Assembly: GCA_013239625.1 (NCBI GenBank)
Contig: MU054117.1
Coordinates: 2,728,011-2,792,010 of the forward strand
Direction: 5' to 3'
Source of the DNA: Lama guanicoe
Lineage: Eukaryota
DNA: 64,000 nt
The position numbers and the translations under genes were made by a program. Positions within the stretch are counted from its first letter, which is position 1. Every line of letters starts with the position of its first letter. A model generated the notes under the pieces. It saw only the letters and a list, made by a program, of their open reading frames with translations, was not told the origin of the DNA and made no database searches. Shown here in pieces: positions 50,480 through 63,804 of this stretch.

Positions 50480-52330
50480 CCGCTCCCTCCTCATTGCTTC
50501 AGGGGCCTTATTCTGTGCAGGGGGTTTCTCTCATTGCCTGAATCTTTTCCTCACTGCCGGCTCCTTCTCGTTAGCATTTAAGCACGCTCGTGGCTCTTTT
50601 GACAAAACCCTCTTTCAACCCTGGGTCCCTCTGAAACTGGGGCCCCGTCACTGCTTCTCTTCATAGTCGATGCTCTTGACAGTACTGTCTGCATTCACTG
50701 TCTCTGCAGACGCCCCTCCCACTCACCACCGGGCTTCCGCAGACCGCCCCCTGCCCCGTGAAGAGTCTGTGTGATCGCTGATTGCGAAGCCCAGGGTACC
50801 CCCTCCTAGGCCCCCCGTACCTCCTGTCTCCTCCTCTGAGGGCTGCTGTTGACCACGCCTCCCCGAAGTGTCCTCCCGCCCTGACTTCCCCGCGGTGTCG
50901 TCTCCTGGTTTTCCGGCTGTCTCTCCAGCCAGTCTTTTTCAGCTTCTCTTCAGTGCTCTATTCACCCCACTTACAGATTGGGGTCTCCATGTCTGCTCTC
51001 TTCCTTGGGTTCAAATGCTGTTGTGATGCTGAGGACAGCCTCCTGGAGTGGGAACCCGGCCAGGGGTCTTTCCAGAGGGCCACCCACCCACCAGGCACCT
51101 CCTCCTGGCTACCCCTGGACTGAATTCCTTCCCCCCACCTCAAGCCTGCTCCTGGCCCTCCTTTGTTCCCTATCTGGGTAAATGTTGTCTCCAACCACCC
51201 AGTGGGCCAAGTCAACCCAGCTCCGGGGTACCCAGCCCCGACTCAGCCCGCCTGACTGCTTCCTCGACCCCTCCTCCTCATCCTTCTGGTGGTGCATTCT
51301 CCTCGGTCCCCAAACCCAACTGGCCGCCCAGCTCAGCCAACTCTGCCTTCTTACTGTTGGTGGAGTTCATCCTTCATCCTGTCTGCCACCGTGTCTGGCA
51401 GATCCCCGGCATCTCCTGCTGGGATGTACGCGGTAGCCCCCGACCTGCTGTCCCTGCTCCACGCATGGACCCCTCCCATCCGTTCTCCACGCAGCCGCCA
51501 GGATGGACTGCTAAAAGTGCAGCTCTGCCCAGGCCACCCTTCTGCTCAGAATTCTTCAGGGCTTCCCCAGGGCCTTCAGGATAAAGTCCAAACTCCTTAG
51601 CAGGGTGTCCAGGGCCCCCAGCCCCACACCCCGTGTGGTGTTAGCGAGCCTGGCGAGCGGGACCTGGAGACTCGGGCTCAGACCCCAGCGGCTTGTTTGC
51701 TGTGTGACTTTCAGTGACTTACTTAACCTCCGTGAGCCTCTGTGCGCTGCATCCAGCCGGGGGTGCGGCAGCCGCTTCGCAGGGCGGGTGCCCAGCCTGT
51801 TTTCTGCAGTTGGCTTTTTGTCTCTGTCTCAGGGCAGGTGAGCAGCCAGGGGGCCCCGCTGCTTCCTGCCGGGGGCCAGCAACCCTCTCTGTCTCCTGTC
51901 ATCCCTTTGCCCGACAGGCGCCCTCCACTCCGCTCCCGAGCGCCGTCCTCCCCAGAAGCCGCCAGCCTCCTTTCCTCGTCCCCCCGCAGCCGCCCGGCGC
52001 CCTCCTCCGCTGCCTGCCCAGCTCCTCAGAACTGTTGAGGGCTCTTCTCCGGAGTCGCCTGCTGGAAGTTTCTGGTGCGCACACCAAGACTAGCTGCCGC
52101 CCCCCCCCCGGCGTCCGTGGCCTCTCCCGGCTCCGCGCAGGCCCTCACCTCCTGTCTTGCAGTTGCCCCCCCCGGGGGGGGGAGGGCTCTCGGCCGTGCC
52201 CGGCGGCTTCTGGAGAGTCAGGACCATGTCTTACTAATCTTTATATCCCTAGTACCTGGCGCGGGCTGTCGACAGACCTCAGCGTGGCTTTCTCTTGAGG
52301 CGGAATTTGAGTTCTTACTCCCGTGATTTA
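50480..52330 (+). mobile_element. Long degraded L2 with an interrupting MIR at ~51670-51745
   Basis: GGCTCCTTCTCGTTAGCATTTAAGCACGC, GCTGTTGACCAC, CAGGATAAAGTCCAAACTCCTTAGC, CTTTATATCCCTAGTACCTGGC. Confidence 0.7.
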
Positions 52331-55300
52331 TTGGGTGCCAAGGCTCTCCTTCTCGTCTGTTTTCCTGTTTCTCTGGGGGAGTAGGGGCTGTTGGCCCATC
52401 GGACTGTAAGCTCGCCGAGGGCAGGGTCCCTGGCAGGGCAGTGCCCCGGGGAGTCGGTGCACAGCTGACGCGCACTAGTGCCGCTGGCTGCCTGGCCTCG
52501 GGGAGGAGGGAGATGCGGTCCTCGTCCGACTTCGTGCTGGTCAGGCCCAGGGGTGGTGCAGGGTCCTGTGCTGTCTCCGGGGTGCTGGGCCATGACAGGT
52601 GGCAGTGGGGGCGGGGGGCAGAGGACACTTGGGAGGCGCGGTGCCGAGCCGAGGCCTGGAGGGGACGCGCACGGCTTTGGGTTCTGCTGGGCTTGGGAGA
52701 ACTGTGGACAGCAGCCCCGGGGACTGTCAGGCAAGGACTGACCTTTCCCACCTAACTGGCTTCAGCTTCTGTGTTAAAATCAGTTTCCAGGCCGGTCAGC
52801 ACATCTCTGAATGTCACTTCCCATCAGGTCACAAGTGAACCTGCCTGTTTCTAGTCCGAGGGATCCCTGGGGGCTCCTTCTGCCTGACGGCCTGGCTCTG
52901 CAGCCTGCCACCCCCTCCCGAGCTGTTCCCCTGCTGGGGTCTTCCTTGCTTTGACCTCGAGCCGCAGCAGAGGGAGGCTGCAAGCCACCTGCACAAGCCT
53001 CCCTGCGCGCTGTCCTGCTGGGCTGAGCGGCGGCCGTCCCCTCGGGCCACGCTGGGGGGCGAGCTGCCCCCACCCCAGGGTCCCAGCAGCAGCGGGGGTC
53101 TCCGGAGGCTGACCCCGGGGAAGGCGGCGTAGGCAGTGAGAGCTGGGCGCCCCAGCGCTCTCGTTTGTATGCTCACCCTCTCTCCTGTCCAGCGGGTACG
53201 TGATATATGGCGACAGCGAGGGGCTGAAGGGCGCTGAGCCCTGTGCCTGCAGAGCTCTTTCTGGACGCCTTTTTCCATGTCAGAGCTTTTAAAGCTGGTT
53301 TTTCTGGCAGTTTGCTAAGAAATGGGGTTGGGCTGGGTGCTCAGCCAGGCTTTGGGGGTCCCATGCTTTGTCTGCTAAAATTCTGGGCATCTTCATAGAA
53401 GGAAGACCTCATTTGGGTCACTGCTTCTAAGACCGATTTCAATCACGATTCCTTTCTCCGTCCTGCCGACCCTCCGAGTTTCCGGAGCAGGGGCCCAAAC
53501 GTCTTCTGGCCCCACTGGGAGCCAGGCGACTTGAGGGGAGCTTCGGCTGGAAGTCGGGGTGGTTAGGTCAGGCACGCATCAGCCCTTCTTGCTAGGAGCC
53601 GGGCTTTGGGGGTGAGGGAGGCTGTGGCCATGACTCCAGAGGTCTTTGGGAGGGACGATGGGCCCTCCTCTTGGTGGAGTGACAGAAACGTGGGCCTGGC
53701 AGTGGGGGGAGGGGAGCGGGGACCAAGCCAGCGGGTCTCAGGTGGACCTCCTGGTTCAGCTCTGTTTCTCTGCGGGAATGAAGCTTTGCTTCTTGCAGGT
53801 ATATAGACAGTGAACCAGGGAAGTGCCTATGAGTCAGTCTGCATGCCCATGGCAGGTCCCCAGGCATGGGTGGCCTTTCAGGGAGCCCCACCCCATCTCA
53901 CCCCACGCGTGCTCTGTCTCCTCCCCATCTCTCTCCTGGGGCAGGAGTTCTGCTCGGTGCTGTGCAGGGAGGTCACGGGACGGGGCAGATCGGATGAGCC
54001 CCCACACAAAAAAAGCCTTTCTCAGGTGGGCTACCCCCAGCTGGATGCATCGGGATGGTTGCCCTGGAGCCCGGACGGTGACCTCTTACCCTCCTTCTCT
54101 TCTCTGCCCGACAAAACTTCTGCAGATGATGGCAGGCTCTGGACGTGGGCATCCAAGTGTGCAGCAGGGCTGTGAGCCAAACAGGGCCTAGGCTTCGAGT
54201 CTGTCCAGTGGTGGACGGTGGAGGGAGGTGGGCCCCCACGAAGCCCGTGTCTTGGAGAAGCCAGGCAGCATGCTTAAGAGAATCAGAATCCTGTATATAA
54301 ATGAATGTATTTGCAGGAACTTAACATTTGCAGGGGAGGCCTGGGGTGTGTGATGGGAGGTAGGTGAGAGCACATTGTCCTCTGGTGGTGCCGGGAGGGA
54401 GCTGAGGGTGGTCACAAGGGCTGGGCCGCTGCACGGCTTTATTCACAAGGCTTCCTGGTTGTGCAGAAATCATTTAGAAAAATTCACCTCCTCATCTTGC
54501 TCCAGAAAACTGAAAAGTAGTGAGCCTGGAAGTCAAAGTGAGAGGAAGGGGTCAGAACGGAGATATGTTCATTCATTCATTCATTCGAGTGTGTGTCGGC
54601 GCCGTCGGTGTGCTCAGCGCTCGGAATCCCAGAGGCACCAGCAAGAAACGGTGGCGCACCGGCGGAGCACGGCGCGGGGAGGGGGCTGCTCTCTTCTTTG
54701 CTCATCTCGATTTGGGCATGGGGTGCCCCTGGTGCCTGGATTTTCCTGTGGGGGACGTTCTCTTGGCTGTTGAGTTTGGTAACATTTCATGTGAACACTT
54801 TTGATGGTGTTCTTTCAAAGGACATCTCTTCCCCCGCCTTTGAAAACAGAATCCACAGAGCACAATTTCATCTCTTTTTAATGGTTTGGTCCTAACCTTC
54901 TCTTCCCTTGACTGTCCCCCAATCTGTTCTCATTTTGTGGCTACAGTACCCTGATCAGCTGTGACCCTTAGGAACTGAGGACTGACCGGAGGAAGGACAG
55001 AACCAATTTTAATGTCTGGTGTTCACCTGAAGGGTAATAAGCTTTGGCTTGGTGGTTGGAGAGTTGCAGGGACAGGGTGATGACTCTTACTTTCCTGGGA
55101 GTGTTTCCCTTCCCTCAACCCATGTTCTGCATACTCACAGCTGTTGGATGCAACTTTTGGCTAAAGTAGGACAAAACTGTATAAGATGAGGTGTCACAGT
55201 GAGTGACATGGTGTCTAATCTTTGAGAATTTCAAGGAAAATAACAGAGTCCTCAGGGACTGGGAGGCCCCAGGGAAGTTTCCGTGGGAAGGGAAGTTAGC

Positions 55301-56360
55301 TAGACCTTGGGGATGGGACAGGACCTTGGGGACGGGACAGCACCTTGGTGGGTCGAGGGGAGGTGCCACGTTACTGAGAAGGGTAGGCTGAAGTCTCCAG
55401 TGGAATCAGAGGGTCTTCACGGTATGCACATGTAACTCTTCATGAGGTTCTGTGTGACACCATGTCCTCCAGCCCACAGTCCCTGCAGGGATTTATTCTA
55501 CAGAACCTGGGCTCAGGCCCCTCCGCGTTGTGCGGGAAGCCACGATGCACTTGCTGCCTGTGAGTGCTGCCTGGACTGTGAGTGTAAACCACAGGACGGA
55601 AGCTTGTGCCCTGGCTTTGCCTCCAGGAACACAAAATGAGACGGTATCACTGAGCTTCCACGTGTCCTTCAAAGGCAGATGAGGAAGAGGACTGGTTTCA
55701 TCTCCTCCTTGTGCTGTTAAAGGCCCAACTCTTTTCCTAGAACCCAAATTCCCCCAATATTTCAGAAGGATTGCAAAGCTGCACTTGGAATCAGGAGCCA
55801 CCGAGGGGCCTTAGCCCTGTGGGCATCTGTTATTAACAAAAATCATTAGGGTCTTTTTTAAATTTACAAATCCTTGGAGAATCCAGAATAATAGGGAAAG
55901 AAAAAAAAAACACAAAAAACAAAGCCACGCATCAGAGTACAAGACCTTTCCATCTGATACCCAGTTGTGCATCCACTTAAAATAGGGGGGAGAACGTGTT
56001 GAAATCAGTCACTGTCAATGGATCAACAACTATTTTTCAAAGGCAGAAACATTTAAAATGTAGAGTGAGGCATTAGAATCCATTCGTTCATCCAACAACT
56101 TTTATTGAGAGCACAGCACGTCTTTGGTTGAAGGTGAGGGGCCCAGCAACACTGATGATCTCACCCTTCCATCCCAGACTCCCAGGAGTAACAGAATATA
56201 CTTAAAAAAAAATAGAAGCAGTGACAGAAATCAAAAAAGGATGTCATTTGTACATCATAAACTGAGGAATCCCAGAAGGATGAAAAGAGTCAAGATTGGA
56301 TTGATGAAGGAAGCCAGAGCTCCAAATGCCCCTACAGAAGGGCTACCAAGAAATGTGCTT

Positions 56361-57218
56361 TGGAGACCTGAATAGACATTTCTCCAGAGAGGACATTCAG
56401 GTGGCCAACAAGCACATGAAAAGCTGCCCAACATCACTCATTGTTAGAGAAATGCAGATCAAAACTGCAGTGAGATGCCACCTCACAGCATGCTGTCCGA
56501 ATGGGCATCATCAAAAAGTCCACAACTGATGAATGCTGGAGAGGGTGTGGAGGGAAAGGAACCTTCCTGCACTGTTGGTGGGAATGTAAATTGGTGCAGC
56601 CACTATGGAGGGCAGTATGGGGATTCCTCAAAAAACTAAAAATAGACTTACCATATGATCCAGCAATCCTGCTCCTGGGCATATATCTGGATGAAAATAT
56701 AATTAAAAAAGACACACACACCCAGTGTTCATAGGAGCACTATTTACAACAGCCAAGTCGTGGAAATAATGCAAATGTCCATCAATGGATGAATGAATAA
56801 AGAATATGTGGTATATTTATACAATGGAATACTACTCAGCCATAAAAAAGAATAAAATAATGCCATTTGCAGCAACAAGGATGGATCTGGAGATTGTTAT
56901 TCTAAGTGAGGTAAGTCAGAAAGAGAAAGAAAAATACCATATTGCTTATATGTGGAATCTAAAAAAGGGGACACAGATGAACTTACCTACAAAACAGAAA
57001 CAGACTCAGACATAGAGAACAAACTTACCATTTCCGGGGGAAGGAAGGGTTAAATTGGAATTCGAAATTTGTTCCTCTTGGGGGGTGATGGAAATGTTAG
57101 CTATCTTGAGTGTGGTGGTGGTTTCATAGGTGTATACACCTATCAGAATTTATCAAATTGTTCATCTGAAATATGTGTAGTTCAGGAATCATACCATAAG
57201 AAAGATGTTAAAAAGAAA
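56361..57218 (+). mobile_element. TSD-flanked composite LINE-1: young-type ORF2 end/3'UTR (to ~57071) fused to an L1MC/MD-type 3' end
   Basis: L1 ORF2p peptides ([34 protein letters not shown]); TSD AAGAAATGTGCTT at 56348-56360 and 57219-57231. Confidence 0.88.
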
Positions 57219-57789
57219 AAGAAATGTGCTTCGGGATTGGAAGTGGCAGATATGGGGCAGAGGGAAGGCCAGCGTACATGGCAGGGGGAGCAGTTGGAGT
57301 TACCGGGAAGATCAGGTAGGCAGGTGGGTCCCTCCACACCTCTACCCCTGACCCCCTCGGGGCAGGAAGCGGGCAACAGAGATCGCTTGGATGCTTGGGT
57401 TAGAGAGGCAGAGCAGGGCTCCGGGTGGCTGGCACAACCCGGGAGGAAGGCTTCCCCTTCTGCACTCCCTGCTGGCTCACTCTGCCCGTAGCAGGCACTC
57501 TCCCTCTCTTACACTGGACCGGCTGGAATAAAACCTGTCCTGTAGTACACCCCACTGTCCCTCTGCCAACTAGGTTAACCTGGACTTTCTGATACAAAAA
57601 TGACCGTGCGTCCAGGATTCACCAAAAAAAAAAAAAAACGCTTGGAAAAGCAATACTGTGAAAAAGAGATACTGATTGCAGGAGAGAGAAATGTACACCT
57701 AGGGAAGTGCTGCCAGCGTAAGCAGAACAGGACTCTTCTGGAGCCTTTGGAGTGAGCGCAGCTGTCGAGCCTGTAAAAAGCCAGCCAGA

Positions 57790-58480
57790 GACCTTGGCAA
57801 CTAAGAATGTTCACAGTGGAGTATAGAAATCAAGAAGTGGGCTGAACCAGCAGAGCAGACCTAACTAGGGAGTAATTTGGTGAGCTGGAAGGGGGAACGG
57901 AGGCGCTCTCTTCAGTGTGGTCTGGAGGACCCCGAGATGGAAATATGGAACGAAACGCTGAGGTGTGGAGAACATACTCTACCCACAAGAAGTCTCCAGA
58001 GGATGGGATGGATGGAATGGAGGGAGGAAACAGAAAAGAAACACTACGAGGAAATTTACTCAGAGACAGAAAAGAAACTGTTTAAGACAGAACCCCAAGA
58101 TTAACGAGGGTGGCCAAGTGCCAAGTGAGGGGAAGGACACACCTGTGGCTAGATACAGCACAGTAACAAGGGTGAAGGAAAACTGCTAAAAAACACAAAC
58201 TTCCACAGAGAAAGAGGGGTGGAAAGAGATGATCTAAAAAGGAAGACGCGCGAGAACGGGAGCGAAAGCGGACCTCTCGCTGGCAGTAGTGGATGCAAAA
58301 AGACAGTGGGGTGGGGGGCGGCGGTGGGCCTGGAATCCGTCCCCAGCAAAACTCCCCTTCCAGTGTGCAGGGGAGGAGAGCCACTTTGGACGTTGTGGAT
58401 TCAGAGTTCACCATGCGTGGGCTCCGTCTAGAACAATTACTAGAGATCATAAAAAGGCAGAAAGAAAGCAGGAGTGAAGG
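57790..58480 (+). mobile_element. Old L1 ORF1-region fragment
   Basis: A-rich; GGGCTGAACCAGCAGA...GGTGAGCTGGAAG...GAGATGGAAATATG resembles the L1M ORF1 region. Confidence 0.55.
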
Positions 58481-61020
58481 AGCGACCTCCTTTTTGCTGA
58501 CTGCACACGCTTCTGTCCCAGAAGGGGCGAGGCAGCCTTGGTCAGTTTGCTCCTGGTTGGGGAGAAGTGGCCTTACCTGCCATCTCCCTGGGACGGTCGG
58601 CTGCCCAGAAGCAGCTCCGCCACAGAAGGCCTCTTGCCACCCTTGCCCGGTCGCCGTGTTGAAGACTGCAGTGAGCCTGACCCTGGGGGTCTCCTCTCAG
58701 CCCTCTTCCAAGACCTTGCCTTTGTCTCTGGAGCCTGAAAAGAGACGGCTCCCTGGCTGGGGCGGCCACCATCCCGTTATGTGTTGGCTGTCTCTTAATT
58801 CACAGATGTGCCCCATGAATGTTCAGAGAGGATGAGCCTGGGAGCTTCCCTCTCTGCCGGACCGACGCTCTGGGTCACAGCGGACACACCTGTGCGACCT
58901 GTTCTGATCGCAGGCAGTGCGTCTGCGGCAGTACCACCCCAAACGCGCCCGATCTCGTCTGATTGCCCACAGTGCAAAGGCAGACTCAGATTGCTCAGAA
59001 CATCAGATGTCTGCTGGGCCGAGCAGAGGGAGGCATGGCCTGGACCTCTGGGAACTCTGCCCAGTGGCCTGGACATATGAGAGACAGCCAGCCCTGCTGG
59101 ATGGAGGGAGAAGATCCGTCAGGAAGAGGCCCCGCCAGCCTTGGGAAGGAAGGAAGAAAACAGAAGCTGTACGAGGCTCTAGGTACCAGAAGTCCCAGCA
59201 AACGCGGTGGCTGTGAGAGCAGGTGTATGGGGCTACCGCAGGGTTCCCAGAGTCCGAGCTGGGCACATCAGGTCCTGGCCGGGAGGGGACATGGAGCCCC
59301 TGACAGGCCGCTTCACATGGGAGGCTTTGGAAGCTCTTTAAAAATCCATACGTTATCAAAGTAATTTTCTCCTCCAGTTTCTCTCCTCTGCGTGATCGTG
59401 TTTGAGGAAACCAAGTGGGGCTAATGTTCCCGGCATGAGTTTGTGCTTCCCTGGTGGCTTCTGTTGGTGGCTGGGCCTGGTTCTCTTGCGGGTGGGGCGG
59501 GGTTGGGCAGGCAGAGCTGTTCTGAGCCTCCCTTCACCCGCACGAGCCTGGGCCCGGGGGCTCCCTGCTTTCCAGGTCGGAGGAGGCTGGGAACCAGCCA
59601 TGCCCAATTGGCCGTCTTCAGAAGAACCCGGGGCACTTGGCTGACGTTTGTCTTACAACCCTCGACTGTGCAATGTACTAGAGGGGCCCTCGCAGCCGTG
59701 TATCCTGCCCCACCCCAGCTCCAGGCAGGACTGGGTGTAAACCATTTTCCTCAGATCACTGTCTTACTCACTTTTCTAAAAATTACGTCCGAAGATGCAG
59801 CTACTGTAGCATCTGTTGGGAAGGCTTTCCTGCCTTCACTTGCTGTTGGCCAGGAAAGCTTACATCACTGCTGTGCAGACCTGCCAGGCTCAGGGGGAGG
59901 ACCAGCCTGAAGATGCTCCCAGCCCCCCCGCCCGCCCCCCGAGAGACACTGGACGCTCGTGGTCTCATGTGGTCTTCACCCAGGAATGGGGAGGTCTCGG
60001 TTCTCAAACCTGCTGTGTGTGTTACATGTTACGTGTTTTTACATGTTCCCTGTGAGTGTCGGGTTTATTCACGCTTGGGGCTCTAGCTACTCATTTTAAA
60101 GCATCTGAGCAGAACTGGAGGACACTGTGGAAGGGGAGCAGAGGGTAAGAGGGTGTGGGGGAAGGGGAGAGAGGAACAGGAAGCTGTGGCTGCCTTGCAG
60201 ATGGACACCCGGGAGTCCCCATCCACAGAGGCCTGGGGCCAGCACGCCCCTCCAGTGAGCGTGGAGAGCGCGGAGCGCTGGCTGGCGTATTTCCGCATAA
60301 ACTCCCAGTGGAGAGACCCCTCTGCGAGCCTCATTTGAGTGCAGTATTTCAGAGAACAGATGACTCCCACCAAGAGACCACGCATGTTTGGGGTCCTCGG
60401 GGGAGGAGGTGGCATTTAAAGCTTGTCTAGAAAGCCTACTTTGAAGACAGGGAGGGTTACGTGTTCTTGAGGCCCAAGTGCCTGAGCCCTTGGAGAACAA
60501 GCTCCCCCAATACCTTTTCTCTCTTCTCTTCATTTGTTCGGAGAGCTGGGGACAGCATCTGTCCTCTGGGTGCCACCGCGGACTTCCCAGTGGCAGAATG
60601 GAGAGTTGAGAGAGTGACCCGCGGGTTCATTGCATCTAAAGTCGTCACTTTACGGAGGAAGGGATGGAGACCAGGAGGACCAGGGGCTCTGAGGGCAGTG
60701 CCAGACCTCAGACAGCCCTGTCCCATTTCTCAGGTGTCTCGCTTGCACCTCCCTACCCCATAATCTTCAGTGACCTGGGGCAGAGCTGGGACTAGGATCT
60801 GAGTCACTTAATTCCAGGTCAGTGTTTTATTCCCCACCCCCCAAAAGCCCCATGCTTTCTCTGTAGCCTGCTGGCCAGGGCGCAAATCAGTGGGCAGTAG
60901 AATGAAACACCAGAGTAACATGACTTAAAAGAGTGCAGGGTGGACTTCACCCCACAGTGGTGCTCCCATCAGCACATAACTGATGCTTGACTTTCCACCA
61001 TTAGAGATTCATTCCTTTGT

Positions 61021-62008
61021 AACTTGGAGGTGGCGCCGGCTTCGAGTCTCCCTGTGAGATGCAAATACTTGCAGGAAGACCACCAACAGCTGATAGCCCG
61101 TGACCTGCTTGAGCTGTTTCTCCAAGAGCCTTGATCTCTGACGGTGGGGGTGGTGGCGGAGGGGAAGCCAGGACAGAGAGATTTTGGAACCTGTTGAAAC
61201 GGGAAGACAGAGCTGGGACCGGTGTGGGAATGGGTCCTCCCCGTTGTAGACATTCCATAGATGCTGTGTCCTGTCCACCCACGCATATGTGACAGAGCAT
61301 GACCAGATACACTGGTGGGAAGCTCCTTCCACGAGGCAAGAGCAGATGTTTGGAAACTGAAAAGGAAAGACAAGGCTGTCCACCCATTCACCATCCATGG
61401 ACGCCCAGCCCCAGGCTTTCTGTACGCTGGTGCCGGGCCCCTCTGCTCCCCCCGCACCTCATTTGCATGAATTGACCTGCATGGGCGCTTTTGTCCATGG
61501 CTGAAGATGGAGGGGCTCGAGCTGTTACTTTGTAAGTGGGAGATGGGAAGAGACCGAGGCAGCACAGAGGATGGTGCAGTGTCTGTGATCCACCCTGACC
61601 TGGTCCTCGAGCCCTTCCAGAGGGAGGGAGGGCAACGGCCAGAAGCAGAAAGGGCCGTTTCCTCAAGAGACCGGGAGCTCAAGGGGTGGGCCTGGGGGCT
61701 TGTCAGACCTACCCCTGCTTCTGCACAACACTGGGAGTTGCCGGGCGCTGGGGGAAACGGCAGCCCCAACAAAGCCGTCAGCATACTTGCGAGGACCACG
61801 GTCACCATGGGCAACAGTAAGCTCCTGAAGCAACCTCAAGGTTACTGGACACTGACTAAGGAAGCAGAGACGAAGAAGGAGGTGTATGATGTGGTCCTGC
61901 AGGGCCTCCAGGGGACTCTCAGAGGGCCGTGGGTGGGGAGGGCGTTGGAAGGAACTCTCTCTCGCATGAGGGTCCAGGAAGAGGGACTTTGGGCCACTGT
62001 TACTTAGT
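61021..62008 (+). mobile_element. Possible ancient Gypsy-like (MamGyp-int-like) internal remnant
   Basis: One + frame with five internal stops over ~330 codons carries HPFTIHGRPAPGFLYAGA and DGAVSVIHPDLV, resembling decayed retropepsin motifs. Confidence 0.4.
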
Positions 62009-62760
62009 TGTGACGCAGGATGGCGTGGCCTGCTTGTGCTGGAGCTCCCCTTACACCATCTGAACTCTGCCTGAGATGCTGATAGACAGAAACAGCTCGA
62101 TTGCAGGACCCGCTCAGAGGAAGGCGGGGCGCTCCCGGGTGCGGTGTCCCTCCTCCTTCCCGCTCAAGTCGAGGCCGTGATTGGACAGGACTGGAAAGTT
62201 TGCCCCAAACTCCATCTGGGACAGGGCGGAATTTTCAGGGACTCTGTTATCCAATCAGGAGAAGGAGTGGGGAAGTCTAACCTTGCCTTAATGAACTCGA
62301 GGTAAAATGAGAGTCAGATCTGCTCAGAGCCATCCAGCCGGAAACCATGACCTGAACCTCTCAAGGCCTGGTTTCGGGGCCAGCAGGAAAAGACGCAGAT
62401 GTAGATTTGTTTTAAGAGAAGAAAAGGCCGACTTTGCAGGCTGGGAAAGTCAGGGCATATAAACAAAGTGGTTCTGATGCGATTCTCCTCCTCTTCCTCC
62501 GCCATCCACCTGCCAGAGCTCTGCTCTCTCCTGCCTGCCTGTGACAAATCCCACGTTCGCTCAGGATGCACTAAGTCCTGACACAGTCGGGGGCAGATTT
62601 GGCCTCCTGTGCAAGCTGAGTCTTCCAGAAGTTTAAAAAAAGGGGGGCATTGTCCTCTATACCTGCAAATATGGTACTTGACCCAGGTGACCCCACTGAG
62701 AGCGGTTACTGAGCAGAAGTGACAGGAGAAGCTGCAGTGAGAATACGGGTTGACAGGTGC
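62009..62760 (+). mobile_element. Possible ancient Gypsy-type LTR (MamGypLTR/LTR81-like)
   Basis: Begins TGTGAC; GGACTCTGTTATCCAATCAGG and GGGGCAGATTTGGCCTCCTGT resemble recalled MamGyp-type LTRs; abuts the putative internal region. Confidence 0.4.
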
Positions 62761-62984
62761 CATTCAGGAGTTGCCCTGTCTGGAGCCATTGCCGGGCTGC
62801 CGGCTGCTGTGGCCTCTGGGGGCCGCGTGCACTTCCTCCGCTGAGCCTGACAGCAGCGTGTGCCGTCCTGCCGCGTTAAGTCGGTCACATCCAGCCGCGT
62901 GCCCCGCACCACCACGTCCGTTTACCGAGGTCTGCAGTGAGCCTGGCTCTGGGTCAGGCCCTTTGCGACAACCTGGCCCAACTC

Positions 62985-63090
62985 TCTTTTGCAGACGGGG
63001 ATCCTGGGGCTCAGAGAAGTGGAGTGATTGCCCAAAGTCACAGAGCAAAAGGTCAGAATCTGGATTTAAAACCAGGTCTGTGCTCCTTCA
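62985..63090 (-). mobile_element. MIR fragment
   Basis: GGCTCAGAGAAGTGGAGTGATTGCCCAAAGTCACAGAGC. Confidence 0.75.
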
Positions 63091-63804
63091 GCCGGTGAAG
63101 TTGGGGAGACGTGGGCCCTGGGCTGGGGTCAGTCCCCTACCAGGCATGTGACTCGAGCAAACTCTGAAACCTTCCTGGGCTGTCCCATCCTGAAGGACAA
63201 ACGGGTAACAATGAGACGCACACCTGGGGTTGGTGTGTGGACCCAGCGCCTGGCCTGGAGTTACCACTTGGTCACTCTGAGGTCCCCAGGCTCCCCTGCT
63301 CCTGCCAGCCCCTAGGAGGGAGGCAGCCCACCCCACGGGGGAGGCCCTTCGCTTGGCCAGGACATTTCCAGCCCGGGGGAGGGAAGCCCGACCCTCCAGA
63401 AGCTGCAGGTGCATTTGAACTAAATGGATACCTGGACAGTCCTTGAAATCAAAGCCACTCTTTTCTTGCTGTGGGATTTGAAAATGTCACCTAACCTTCA
63501 TGTGTTTTTTCCTGTGGAATAACTTGCACACTCCATAACCCTGAGAGGTATGTTAGGATGGTAACTGATTCTGGTTTTCCCACAGGTGAATCAGCCCCAC
63601 AGGGGACTGCTCCAGAGAGGATGAGGACTCTGGCCGGCTCCTCTAGTTGGACCCGCTGTCCAGGGGGCTGGACCATCACTCGTGGCCATCACTGTGTATT
63701 GGGGCAGCATCTCAATCTGAATATGTTTCCAAGCCATGAATCGTGAGACAGAAATTCCACTTGCACATACCTGGGTGCATAAAATGTATCAGGGAATTCA
63801 CACC

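Noticed and set aside
60969..61814. 281-aa minus-strand ORF
   Set aside because: No recognisable homology; likely the antisense shadow of the decayed + frame.
63560..63592. Additional CAG|GT acceptor-donor motifs (also ~53797)
   Set aside because: Short pyrimidine tracts; expected by chance in 64 kb and no partner exons found.
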